Shown: one piece after another, positions 1 through 8,306 of the stretch
How the letters are laid out: each line of letters opens with the position of its first letter
Numbering within the stretch: position 1 is the stretch's first letter
DNA from: an uncultured delta proteobacterium
GTDB lineage: Bacteria > Desulfobacterota > Desulfobacteria > Desulfobacterales > UBA11574
NCBI GenBank assembly: GCA_963790095.1
Contig: CAWBNO010000012.1
Span: forward strand, 146,997-210,996
Reading direction: 5' to 3'
Length of the DNA stretch: 64,000 nt
Translations under genes and position numbers: made by a program
Notes under the pieces: model-generated
The model's input: the letters and a program-made list of their open reading frames with translations, nothing else
Told to the model about the DNA's origin: nothing
Database searches by the model: none

Positions 1-736
1 GGATATTGTTTTCCAAAAGACGCAGGATCTGCATGCCGGCTTCTTTGGCCAGACGGATGCGGGCCGACATGACCGCCGGAATGGTGCCGTTGCCCGGAAG
101 GCCCATGCCCACGGCTTCCGTAAGGCAGTTCATGGAGTTGGCCGTAAACATGCCGGCGCAGGATCCGCAGGTGGGGCAGGCGGCGTCTTCCACCTGGGAA
201 AGCTGTTTTTCGGTCATCTCCCCGGAAAGGACCGCCCCCACGGATTCAAAGACCGTGATCAAGTCGATGGGGTCGGCTTTTTCAGGATGTTTTCCTGCCA
301 GCATGGGGCCGCCGCTGACCACGATGGCCGGCAGGTCGAGACGTGCGGCGGCCATGAGCATTCCCGGGACGATCTTGTCGCAGTTGGGCACCAGAACCAG
401 GGCATCGAATGCATGGGCCGTGGCCATGACCTCGATGGAGTCGGCGATGAGCTCCCGGCTGGCCAGGGAATATTTCATCCCTTCATGGTTCATGGCAATG
501 CCGTCGCAAACCCCGATGACGCCGAATTCGATGGGGGTTCCGCCCCCCATGTAGACCCCGGCTTTCACCGCGTCAACGATTTTGTCCAGATGAATGTGGC
601 CCGGGATCACCGCATTGACGGAATTGGCAATGCCGATGAGCGGCCGTTGGATTTCTGTATCGGTGTATCCCATTGCTTTGAACAGGGACCGGTGGGGTGC
701 TCGTTCTACGCCTTTTTTTACCACATCGCTTTTCAT
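1..736 (-). CDS. ilvD: dihydroxy-acid dehydratase, N-terminal ~245 codons (gene continues past the left window edge)
   Basis: Absent from the supplied ORF track (no stop inside the window). Minus-strand translation from ATG at 736 reads [50 protein letters not shown]...[31 protein letters not shown]...[19 protein letters not shown], the IlvD/Edd family pattern. GAGGAG SD at 746-751. Confidence 0.9.
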   Translation of the reverse strand, partial: MKSDVVKKGVERAPHRSLFKAMGYTDTEIQRPLIGIANSVNAVIPGHIHLDKIVDAVKAGVYMGGGTPIEFGVIGVCDGIAMNHEGMKYSLASRELIADSIEVMATAHAFDALVLVPNCDKIVPGMLMAAARLDLPAIVVSGGPMLAGKHPEKADPIDLITVFESVGAVLSGEMTEKQLSQVEDAACPTCGSCAGMFTANSMNCLTEAVGMGLPGNGTIPAVMSARIRLAKEAGMQILRLLENNI

Positions 737-750
737 TGGCTCGGTCTCCT

Positions 751-800
751 CAAAAAAAAACCGTTATCGGCCTTTGGGGCTGATAACGGTTTTTTTTTTG
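751..800 (-). terminator. intrinsic terminator hairpin (attenuator) immediately 5' of ilvD
   Basis: Minus-strand RNA reads A10-ACCGUUAUC-A-GCC-CCAAA-GGC-C-GAUAACGGU-U9. The U-tract abuts the ilvD SD. The flanking A-run and T-run make it formally bidirectional. Confidence 0.65.
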
Positions 801-825
801 GCTTGGTCAGAAAATTAGGCCATTA

Positions 826-915
826 TCAACCCTGTGCCTCGCAGTAGATAAGTACATCTACGACGAGGACGATAATAAGGCTAATAAGGTTGTTAATGGC
901 GAATAAATTTTTCAT
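826..915 (-). CDS. candidate ilv leader peptide, 29 aa (MKNLFAINNLISLIIVLVVDVLIYCEAQG)
   Basis: 14 of 29 residues are Leu/Ile/Val, including a run of 7. The stop codon lies inside an antiterminator segment (see finding). No convincing SD, hence moderate confidence. Confidence 0.45.
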   Translation of the reverse strand: MKNLFAINNLISLIIVLVVDVLIYCEAQG

Positions 916-1165
916 AATTGTCTACATCTTTGATTTAGAATACTCTACCTATTTGTTATGATTTAAATTGTCAAGCTTTTTTCTTGTTTTTTCTTGCAGT
1001 TTGCCCAACAGTGTCGAAATTTCCCACAAACTCCCGTTGCCGGCGAGCAAAGAAAAGAGCTTGGAAGGAAAGGACCCGGCGTTGGGGTCACCCCTGGAAG
1101 GGGATTGTTTTTCAATAGGTCAAGTGCCGAACATGGTGTGTTTATAATGAAAACGTGTTGCTCTT

Positions 1166-1217
1166 GGGTCGGACGAGCTAATATGCTTAAAATAAAGGTT
1201 TAAATTTAATTTTCGGG
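1166..1217 (+). repeat. unit-boundary direct repeat, copy A
   Basis: GGGTCGGACGAGCTAATATGCTTAAAATAAAGGTTTAAATTTAATTTTCGGG. Near-identical core to the copies at 1675, 2410 and 3624. Confidence 0.85.
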
Positions 1218-1645
1218 TTTTTTTCCAGAATTCCAACGAGCGTATACCATCGGAGTTTGAAATTTGCTGTCTGTATAAACTCCAGATGATGAATCATTGC
1301 CATCTACGTGAATATCGGTTATGGTTTGATATTGGTCGGTTATCGGATAGGGTATCTATAACTGTACATTTTTGCCATGGTCATGGGCTGACAGATCGAA
1401 CTCCATTATAATTTTTCCTGAAGCTGTCTTTGCCCATACATTAGAAGATAAAATCAGAAAGGTAATGGCAGTAATGTAAGTTAAGATATTTGCCCAAGGC
1501 TGGGCCCTCTGGCCCCGGATATTTACTTGAATGAAATATAATAATGATCTTGATATGAAAAGGTCAAATATTTAATATCCATAAGAAAGTCCAACAAATA
1601 GAATATTTCTATAAAGATAAAAAGGCACAACAAATCATTGAAGAA

Positions 1646-1738
1646 GGACCGACCCTAAAGCTTTGTATGCTTTAGGGTCGGACCAAGCTAATATGCTTAA
1701 AATAAGGATTAAAAATTAATTTTGGGGGAACATTTAAG
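1646..1738 (+). repeat. unit-boundary direct repeat, copy B, with an extra upstream inverted arm
   Basis: GGGTCGGACCAAGCTAATATGCTTAAAATAAGGATTAAAAATTAATTTTGGGGGAACATTTAAG from 1675. Bases 1646-1661 (GGACCGACCCTAAAGC) pair 15/16 with 1669-1684 across a 7-nt loop. Confidence 0.85.
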
Positions 1739-1844
1739 ACGTAGAATGACATTTTCCATAAATTGGGAATTAGACACCGCTATTCACCATTCAAGATGGG
1801 GTAGCATTCGCCAAAAAATGGTAGATCAAAAATAGGAGAATCTC

Positions 1845-2396
1845 ATGTTTAAAAAAATTCTATTATTTTCCATATTGTTAATTTTGTTTGGTTGCCAACA
1901 AGAAAAAACCGAATGGAATCCTATCTTCGAGGAAACGGGCTTTGATTATATTAACGTTGGCTTAGAGCGGTCGTTATCATTGATAGATGACGCATATTTA
2001 GAAGCAACCGAAAACGAGCAACCCTCTATTCAAGAAAAGCTATCCCAAGCTAAACATAGGCTGCTTGAAATAAAAGACTACTATGTTCCACTTACCACCG
2101 TGAGGCAAAAAATATACGATGCCGAACGATATTACAAATTGGAGGATATTAAAAAATCGAAAAAATTGCTCGAAGACTCAAAATCGATAATAACATCATT
2201 AGATTTGACAACAAAAAGCGAGAGTTTTGACAAGGTAATTTTAGACTTAAACTCAATGATCGATGAAGTAATTTCAACCTTTGACGAAAATTCAAAACCG
2301 AATACCAATAATAAAATGAAAATTTTAGGCGAGCATATAAACTTAATGCTTTTCAGAGGTGATCTTGTGCTTTCAGGGACTGAATTTGAGAAATAA
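1845..2396 (+). CDS. hypothetical lipoprotein
   Basis: 183-aa ORF with signal peptide and lipobox (LILFGC). GGAGAA SD ahead of the ATG. No recognisable family. Confidence 0.6.
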   Translation: MFKKILLFSILLILFGCQQEKTEWNPIFEETGFDYINVGLERSLSLIDDAYLEATENEQPSIQEKLSQAKHRLLEIKDYYVPLTTVRQKIYDAERYYKLEDIKKSKKLLEDSKSIITSLDLTTKSESFDKVILDLNSMIDEVISTFDENSKPNTNNKMKILGEHINLMLFRGDLVLSGTEFEK

Positions 2397-2409
2397 CTGC
2401 TGCGCTCTG

Positions 2410-2660
2410 GGGTTGGACCGAGCTAATATGATTATAAGCCATTTCAAAACCTTCCATTCGTTGGCTTGAGCCTTTTGTAAAGCGCTAAGCTCGCTGTGCT
2501 AAATTTGTAGAACTCGGGCTAACACCCTTAGACAGCTACAAATTTTACGCGCCGCATCGCTAAGCGCTTTTCGACAAAAGACTCAAAAATCACTCACCGG
2601 AAGGTTTTGAAATGGCTTCTAAAATAAAGATTAAAATTTAACTTTGAGGTGCCATTTAAG
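2410..2660 (+). repeat. unit-boundary direct repeat, copy C, split by a 185-bp insertion
   Basis: Left part 2410-2434 is GGGTTGGACCGAGCTAATATGATTA. Right part 2620-2660 is TAAAATAAAGATTAAAATTTAACTTTGAGGTGCCATTTAAG. Joining them restores the consensus. Confidence 0.8.
2435..2619. mobile_element. MITE-like non-autonomous element (about 185 bp, long imperfect palindrome)
   Basis: Perfect 20-bp terminal inverted repeats AAGCCATTTCAAAACCTTCC (2436-2455) and GGAAGGTTTTGAAATGGCTT (2599-2618). The interior is also self-complementary. TA on both flanks (2433-2434, 2620-2621). No ORF. Confidence 0.55.
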
Positions 2661-2727
2661 GCTTGGCGTGACGATTTTGATAATTTAAAGGCGCTTTTAA
2701 AGGGGATCGGAAGAAAGGTTGAATTTT

Positions 2728-3648
2728 ATGGAAGAGAACCCTAGAACTTGGGCGGCACAGCGGGGTGCGATCAAACGGGCAGAGCATCAGCTCCTGGATC
2801 ATCCCAAGGTCTTGAATGATGCCCTCGCACTTCGCATCATCGGCAAAGATAGTGATTCGATAATGGAAGCTGAAATACTTCAATCCAAGGCCTCGCCCCT
2901 GTCGCCGTGCCTGCGAGCTACCACCGTCGTACGAAGTCGGTTTGTGGAGGACAAACTCGACCTCGGCGTTCGACGTGGGGTATGCCAGTATGTCATTTTA
3001 GGTGCAGGTCTCGACACCTTCGCCTACCGAAATCCGTATCCCGAAGGCATACTGCAGGTGTTCGAAGTCGACCACCCCATGACCCAGACGTGGAAGCGAG
3101 ATCGCCTGGAGGAAGCCGGGATTACACCCCCAAATGATCTAACGTTCGCACCGGTCGACTTTGAAACCCAGACCCTCATGGAGGGGTTGGGGGATGCCGG
3201 CTACGATCCAGGCAGACCCACTTTTTTTTCGATGCTCGGTGTGACGCCATATTTGACCATGGAGGCGGTGATGGCGACCCTGGGTTCCATCGCCATGGCC
3301 CCGGAAGGAAGCGAAATCGTCTTCGATTACATGATTCGGCCGTCTTTGCTAAATTCTGATCAGCAATCGTTCTTCCAAGCGTTTTCCCAAAAGGTCGCAT
3401 CGGTTGGAGAGTCGTGGCAAACATTCTTCGATCCTGAGGTGTTGAAACAGGATCTTCGGGCCATGGGGTATGGATATGTCGAGGACAGTAGGCCGGAAGA
3501 GATCGATGCTCTCTACTTCAAAAACCGAAAAGACGGGCTTCGGGTCTGGAAATTGACGCATTTGATGAACGCCAGGGTTGGAGATGTCAAGGATGCTGCT
3601 GAACATGCCCCTTTGGGGTCCTGTGGTCGGACCGAGCTAATATGCTAA
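2728..3648 (+). CDS. class I SAM-dependent methyltransferase (leucine-carboxyl/O-methyltransferase-like family)
   Basis: Motif VILGAGLDTFAYR plus EVDHP are typical of this family. The last 8 codons and the stop lie inside repeat copy D. Confidence 0.8.
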   Translation: MEENPRTWAAQRGAIKRAEHQLLDHPKVLNDALALRIIGKDSDSIMEAEILQSKASPLSPCLRATTVVRSRFVEDKLDLGVRRGVCQYVILGAGLDTFAYRNPYPEGILQVFEVDHPMTQTWKRDRLEEAGITPPNDLTFAPVDFETQTLMEGLGDAGYDPGRPTFFSMLGVTPYLTMEAVMATLGSIAMAPEGSEIVFDYMIRPSLLNSDQQSFFQAFSQKVASVGESWQTFFDPEVLKQDLRAMGYGYVEDSRPEEIDALYFKNRKDGLRVWKLTHLMNARVGDVKDAAEHAPLGSCGRTELIC

Positions 3649-3662
3649 AAATAAATACTAAA
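3624..3662 (+). repeat. unit-boundary direct repeat, copy D (5' part only, then diverges)
   Basis: TGGTCGGACCGAGCTAATATGCTAAAAATAAATACTAAA. Confidence 0.75.
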
Positions 3663-3811
3663 TAGCGTGCTTTCCCCCCGCCGTTTTCCCGGGAGCGGTA
3701 TACCTAAGCCGACGGTGCCGGCACCCAAAAAAATATCCGGTAGACAGGTGCGTAATATCTTGCGAAACATAACGGCGTGTTGGTTTTAAACAAATTATAG
3801 GAGACTTGATA

Positions 3812-4660
3812 ATGGTAGATCAGAAATGGTTAACAACTTCTGCCGGCGTTAAAATGCCACGAATTATTTACGGCACGGCCTGGAAAAAAGACCGCACGGC
3901 AGACCTGGTGGTGAAGGCCGTCCAAGCAGGATTTAGGGGGATCGATACCGCCTGCCAACCGAAACACTATAACGAGACACTGGTGGGAGAAGCCCTTGTG
4001 AGGCTGAAAAATCACGGCATCGAACGTGAGGCCCTTTTCCTACAAACCAAATTCACGCCCCTTTCTGGTCAGGATCCAAGACAAGTGCCATACGACAAGA
4101 ATTCCCCGGTTGAGTTGCAGATCGCCCAATCCTTTGAGACATCGAAAAAAAACCTGCAAACAGAATATGCGGATTCTCTAATACTTCATTCACCCCTGGC
4201 ACCCCACACGCTTTTGATGAAGGTGTGGAAGGCCATGGAAAAAATTCAAAAGGCGGGTGGAGCGCGTCAGTTGGGAATCAGCAACTGTTACGATATTAAA
4301 GTGATACAGTCACTCTATGCCGATGCCGACGTGAAGCCCGCGGTTGTACAAAATCGTTTTTATCCGGAAACGGGGTATGATGCGGATTTGCGTCGCTGGT
4401 GCTCTCATCATGGCCTTATTTACCAGAGTTTTTGGACCCTTACTGCAAATCCCCATATTCTGGCCAGCCCTACCGTTCGAACCGTTGCTCACAAGTATAA
4501 CAAAACCGAAGCGCAAATATTTTTTCGATATCTCAGTCAATCCGGTATTGTGCCGCTGACCGGAACGTCTTCCGAGCTGCACATGGAAGAAGACCTTAGC
4601 ATCTTTGATTTTGAGCTTTCTTCCGAGGATTTAAAGAATGTGAGTCTCCTGCTAAATTAG
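3812..4660 (+). CDS. aldo/keto reductase family oxidoreductase
   Basis: AGGAGA SD at 3799-3804. Translation MPRIIYGTAW...GFRGIDTA...LHSP...LGISN has the AKR fold pattern. Confidence 0.85.
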   Translation: MVDQKWLTTSAGVKMPRIIYGTAWKKDRTADLVVKAVQAGFRGIDTACQPKHYNETLVGEALVRLKNHGIEREALFLQTKFTPLSGQDPRQVPYDKNSPVELQIAQSFETSKKNLQTEYADSLILHSPLAPHTLLMKVWKAMEKIQKAGGARQLGISNCYDIKVIQSLYADADVKPAVVQNRFYPETGYDADLRRWCSHHGLIYQSFWTLTANPHILASPTVRTVAHKYNKTEAQIFFRYLSQSGIVPLTGTSSELHMEEDLSIFDFELSSEDLKNVSLLLN

Positions 4661-4933
4661 GTGAAACCCGACGATGGACCTCGACGTGGGAATCGCCGAT
4701 GCTCTTCCGCGGGACACATCTCTCAATTCGGCCACAGTTTGCCACTCTATTATGAAGCAAATCAAAACCATCGCAAGCATGAAAGGGTAACACTCAACTA
4801 TCTCAAGGTGATTTTTCTTGTGCAAATCGCCGAACCGCTATATGACGGTTCACTTGACGCCGGGAGCTTATAGGACCCCAAGAGCGAGTTTAGCGGCGAG
4901 GCGGGTGACTTTGACGAGATGGATAGGAACACT

Positions 4934-5602
4934 ATGAAAAAACGAACATTATTATCGTGGAGTAGTGGAAAAGATAGTGCCTGGGCGCTCCATGTTCTGC
5001 GCCGGCAGTCTGATATAGACGTTGTCGGGCTTTTCTCCACGGTCAACCAGGAATTTGAGCGGGTGGCTATGCACGCAGTAAGAAACGAACTGCTGCAACA
5101 ACAGGCGGAAAATGTGGGGCTTCCCATTCAGGTTATACCCATACCCGACCCGTGTAGTCATGCTGAATATGAAAACATCATGGGTGAATTTATAGCCCAG
5201 GTAAAAGAACAGCGGATTGGCTGTATTGCCTTTGGCGATCTATATCTTGAAGATATACGCAAATATAGAGAGGAGAAATTGGACGGTACCGGGATCACAC
5301 CGATCTTTCCTCTGTGGGGCAAAGATACCGAGGCGTTATCCAAGGAAATGGTGGAATGTGGCCTTCGGGCAATCATTACCTGTATTGATCCCCGAAGCAT
5401 GCCGCCGGCCTTTGCCGGAAAAGAATATAACGCATCATTTCTCGAACAAATTCCCGCCGGCGTAGACCCCTGCGGAGAAAACGGCGAGTTCCACAGCTTT
5501 GCCTTTGACGGTCCCATGTTCAAAAGAACAGTTAATATACGGGTAGGAGAAACGGTATCTCGTGACGGTTTCATATTTGCGGATTTATTCGCCTTCGCCT
5601 GA
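4934..5602 (+). CDS. PP-loop ATP pyrophosphatase (MJ0570/Dph6-related, DUF71-type)
   Basis: N-terminal LLSWSSGKDSAWAL PP-loop motif. An alternative start at 4919 is possible. The last 6 codons lie inside the 67-bp repeat at 5585. Confidence 0.75.
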   Translation: MKKRTLLSWSSGKDSAWALHVLRRQSDIDVVGLFSTVNQEFERVAMHAVRNELLQQQAENVGLPIQVIPIPDPCSHAEYENIMGEFIAQVKEQRIGCIAFGDLYLEDIRKYREEKLDGTGITPIFPLWGKDTEALSKEMVECGLRAIITCIDPRSMPPAFAGKEYNASFLEQIPAGVDPCGENGEFHSFAFDGPMFKRTVNIRVGETVSRDGFIFADLFAFA

Positions 5603-5651
5603 ATACCCTGCAGCTTGTTGGAGTGAAACGGAAATCCCGCCCATCGGGGCT
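5585..5651 (-). repeat. 67-bp repeat, inverted copy 1
   Basis: Its reverse complement AGCCCCGATGGGCGGGATTTCCGTTTCACTCCAACAAGCTGCAGGGTATTCAGGCGAAGGCGAATAA matches 9278-9345 at all but 3 positions. Confidence 0.9.
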
Positions 5652-5855
5652 CTATGGGGATTCCAACCTTTTTCAAATCCGAATTATCTGTGCAAAAAGT
5701 CGGTAGATCGGCATAGACGTTGTGGAAGTTGCCCCAAATTATGATTTTTCAGAGAGCACTCAAAATTTGGCGGCATTTCTTCTGGATAGATTTTTCCTCC
5801 TGTATAAGGACTTTTGACATGTCGGTGCGACCATGAGAAAAAGAGAATAAGAAAG

Positions 5856-7037
5856 ATGTCTTCGATGACCATTAGAAGAAAAAAACGGAAAGCGGCAGTA
5901 TATCAATATCAGAAGGATGGCCGTTATTTTGCCCAGATCGCCGACAGCATAAAACAAGCTGGTGCAGAGGAACTGGCCGAACTCGGCGCCGAAGTTGTCC
6001 GGCCGGAATTCAGCGGAATTCATTTCAGAGCGGACAAATCAACCCTGTATCGAATTAATTATCTGACCCGACTTCTTTCTCGCTGCCTTGCGCCGTTGAT
6101 ATCATTTTCTTGTTCGGATACCGATACGCTGTATGGTATGGCCAAAAAAATCGCGTGGGAAGATTTTTTTGCCAGAGGCAAAACTTTTGCCGTATCGGGG
6201 TCTGTTTCCGACAGCGCGATTTCCCATTCAAACTATGCTGCTCTCCGCCTTAAAGATGCAATTGCCGACCATTTCAAAGAAAAAACCGGTCAACGTCCGG
6301 ATGTGTCGGTACGAAATCCGGATATCCTGCTGAACCTTCATATCAGAAAAGACAAGGCCGTCATAAGCCTCGACACCTCCGGTGGCGCGCTTCACCGGAG
6401 AGGATACAGAGAGGAGACTGTTTCGGCGCCGATGCAGGAAACCGTCGCTGCCGCCATGATCCGATTCAGCGGATGGGACGGTTCCGTTCCTTTATACGAT
6501 CCTTTGTGCGGTTCGGGAACCCTTTTGTGTGAAGCGCTCATGGGGTATAGCCGTATTCCTGCGGGTGTTTTCAGGAATCGATTCGGTTTTGAAGGCCTGC
6601 CCGACTTTGACGGCGCTGTTTGGAAGCAGGTGAAAAAAGAGCTTGACGGACGCATCCGGGAACTGCCCAAAGGGCTTATTGCAGGCAGTGATGTGTCCCC
6701 GGAGGCGGTCAGTGCGGCGCGGACCAACCTCATGGGGCTCCATTACGGAAATAGGGTTAGCGTTGAAAGGGCGGACTTTAGAGAGCTGCCCCTCCTTGAA
6801 GCCCACGTGATCGTAACCAATCCGCCGTATGGCATTCGGATGGGGGGAGACGAAAACCTTAAAATGTTTTATAAGAATTTCGGGGATTTTCTGAAGCAGA
6901 AATGCAAAGGCTCGACCGCTTTTGTTTATTTCGGAGAACGGAAGTACATCAAAAACATCGGGCTGAAAACATCATGGAAAAAACCGATCAAGACCGGGGG
7001 CCTTGACGGCAGGCTGGTTAAATACGAGATTTACTGA
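5856..7037 (+). CDS. THUMP-domain N6/N2-type RNA methyltransferase (RlmL/RlmK N-terminal-like, COG0116 type)
   Basis: CGSGTLLCEA SAM-binding motif and VTNPPYGIRMG catalytic motif. Start uncertain (5814, 5856 or 5865). Confidence 0.8.
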   Translation: MSSMTIRRKKRKAAVYQYQKDGRYFAQIADSIKQAGAEELAELGAEVVRPEFSGIHFRADKSTLYRINYLTRLLSRCLAPLISFSCSDTDTLYGMAKKIAWEDFFARGKTFAVSGSVSDSAISHSNYAALRLKDAIADHFKEKTGQRPDVSVRNPDILLNLHIRKDKAVISLDTSGGALHRRGYREETVSAPMQETVAAAMIRFSGWDGSVPLYDPLCGSGTLLCEALMGYSRIPAGVFRNRFGFEGLPDFDGAVWKQVKKELDGRIRELPKGLIAGSDVSPEAVSAARTNLMGLHYGNRVSVERADFRELPLLEAHVIVTNPPYGIRMGGDENLKMFYKNFGDFLKQKCKGSTAFVYFGERKYIKNIGLKTSWKKPIKTGGLDGRLVKYEIY

Positions 7038-7254
7038 GAACGCCAAGGGGCCTATGCGCGTTTCTATGACTCAGGGCATGACGCTGCCGATGTCATTGAC
7101 GACGTCAACTGGCCGGCGTACTGGTGCGGCATCGGCAAAATGGACAAAAATGAATATATTGACTGCGTCAACGCCTATTGACGGCCAAGAATAAAGGCCC
7201 GCGATGTCCTGTTAGGCGCACCAGTATCTGCAAATAAACAAAGGAGGAAGAATA

Positions 7255-7534
7255 ATGAAAAGAGCAATCTATTCGTTGATCGGACTGATTGTGCTGGTGT
7301 CTTTCAGTGCCGCCACCGAGGGCTCGGCCGTCAGCGGTGACCTTGCCCAGCAGAAATTGATTGATGGGAATAAGCGATCCCTTGGACAATGCCGTTAGAG
7401 CTAATGTCACTATGGTTGTTCAGCAGGTGAAGTCCTCGGAACCGATCTTGGAAGGACGGGTCAAGAAAGGCGACTTGACCGTTGTCGGTGCACGTTATGA
7501 TCTGAATGATGGCGTGGTGGCAATTCTCCCATAG
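7255..7534 (+). pseudogene. beta-carbonic-anhydrase remnant with a large internal deletion and a frame change
   Basis: AAGGAGGA SD, signal peptide and QQKLIDGNKR (CA N-terminus) run to a stop at 7396-7398. A second frame from 7385 gives VRANV...EPILEGRVKKGDLTVVGARYDLNDGVVAIL (CA C-terminus). The catalytic core between them is missing. Confidence 0.6.
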
Positions 7535-7828
7535 TTGTCAATGAACGGGAGACGGGGCACAGCAACATAAATAACCTGGCAAAATGAGTTTAAAGACTAT
7601 AATGATCAGCATTTCCAGACTGTTTCTCTGCTCGGATGGAATTGACCCCAAGTGACATCATGAAAATAGTGAAAACAGCCATGTTATTTGCCCAATGGGA
7701 AAGCCGAGAATGCCGTATCTCGAGCGTTGCCATAGGTTCGCAGTAAATTTACTGATGCAGTAAAGAATGGCGATGGTTTATCGTGCTGATTTTTTTCCAA
7801 TTACGTCTTACCAACAAACTGAATACAT

Positions 7829-8242
7829 ATGTTGCGAATATCGAATCAAGTCACGATCCCTGCCGGTGATATCAAGATAAGCACGATCCGCGCTCAAGGG
7901 GCCGGCGGTCAGAATGTCAATAAGGTTTCTACGGCCGTGCACTTGCGGTTTGACATTAACGCTTCATCCATCCCCGATTATTATAAAAAGCGACTTTTGA
8001 AGCTGGCCGACCAGCGTATTACCAAGGAGGGTGTCATCGTTATCAAGGCCCAGGAGCACCGAAGCCAGGAAAAGAACAGGGAGACGGCATTAAGACGGCT
8101 CCGGGAGCTCATTAAAAGCGTGGCGGTGTCGCCCAAAAAACGCCGGCCAACCAAACCGACCCGGGGCTCTCAAAAAAAACGACTTGACCGAAAAAGCAAA
8201 AGAGGGCAGCTTAAAGTTTTGAGAGGAAAGATTGCCGATTGA
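7829..8242 (+). CDS. arfB: alternative ribosome-rescue factor ArfB (peptidyl-tRNA hydrolase, YaeJ type)
   Basis: 137 aa with a GGQ motif (AQGAGGQNVNKVSTAVHLRFD) and a basic C-terminal tail. Confidence 0.85.
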   Translation: MLRISNQVTIPAGDIKISTIRAQGAGGQNVNKVSTAVHLRFDINASSIPDYYKKRLLKLADQRITKEGVIVIKAQEHRSQEKNRETALRRLRELIKSVAVSPKKRRPTKPTRGSQKKRLDRKSKRGQLKVLRGKIAD

Positions 8243-8306
8243 AGATCAACGGCATGGACCGGCCGGACCCCAAATGGTTCGGCATCTTGGAAGCGAGGAA
8301 CGTTCA

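Noticed and set aside
6-847. Plus-strand ORFs 6..554, 287..847 and 594..818 from the track
   Set aside because: They are antisense shadows of ilvD. The minus strand gives an unmistakable dihydroxy-acid dehydratase N-terminus, while the plus-frame translations are low-complexity (Ala/Arg/Met/Pro-rich) with no family pattern.
994-1203. 69-aa ORF ending inside repeat copy A
   Set aside because: No SD and an odd Gly/Arg-rich composition. It stops only because it runs into the repeat, so it is probably non-coding or a decayed unit.
1166-3662. Integron cassette array with attC sites
   Set aside because: The layout resembles one, but the repeats lack the RYYYAAC/GTTRRRY core pair and the imperfect-palindrome architecture (only copy B has a partner arm). 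No intI is present in the window. It is kept as an unexplained repeat family instead.
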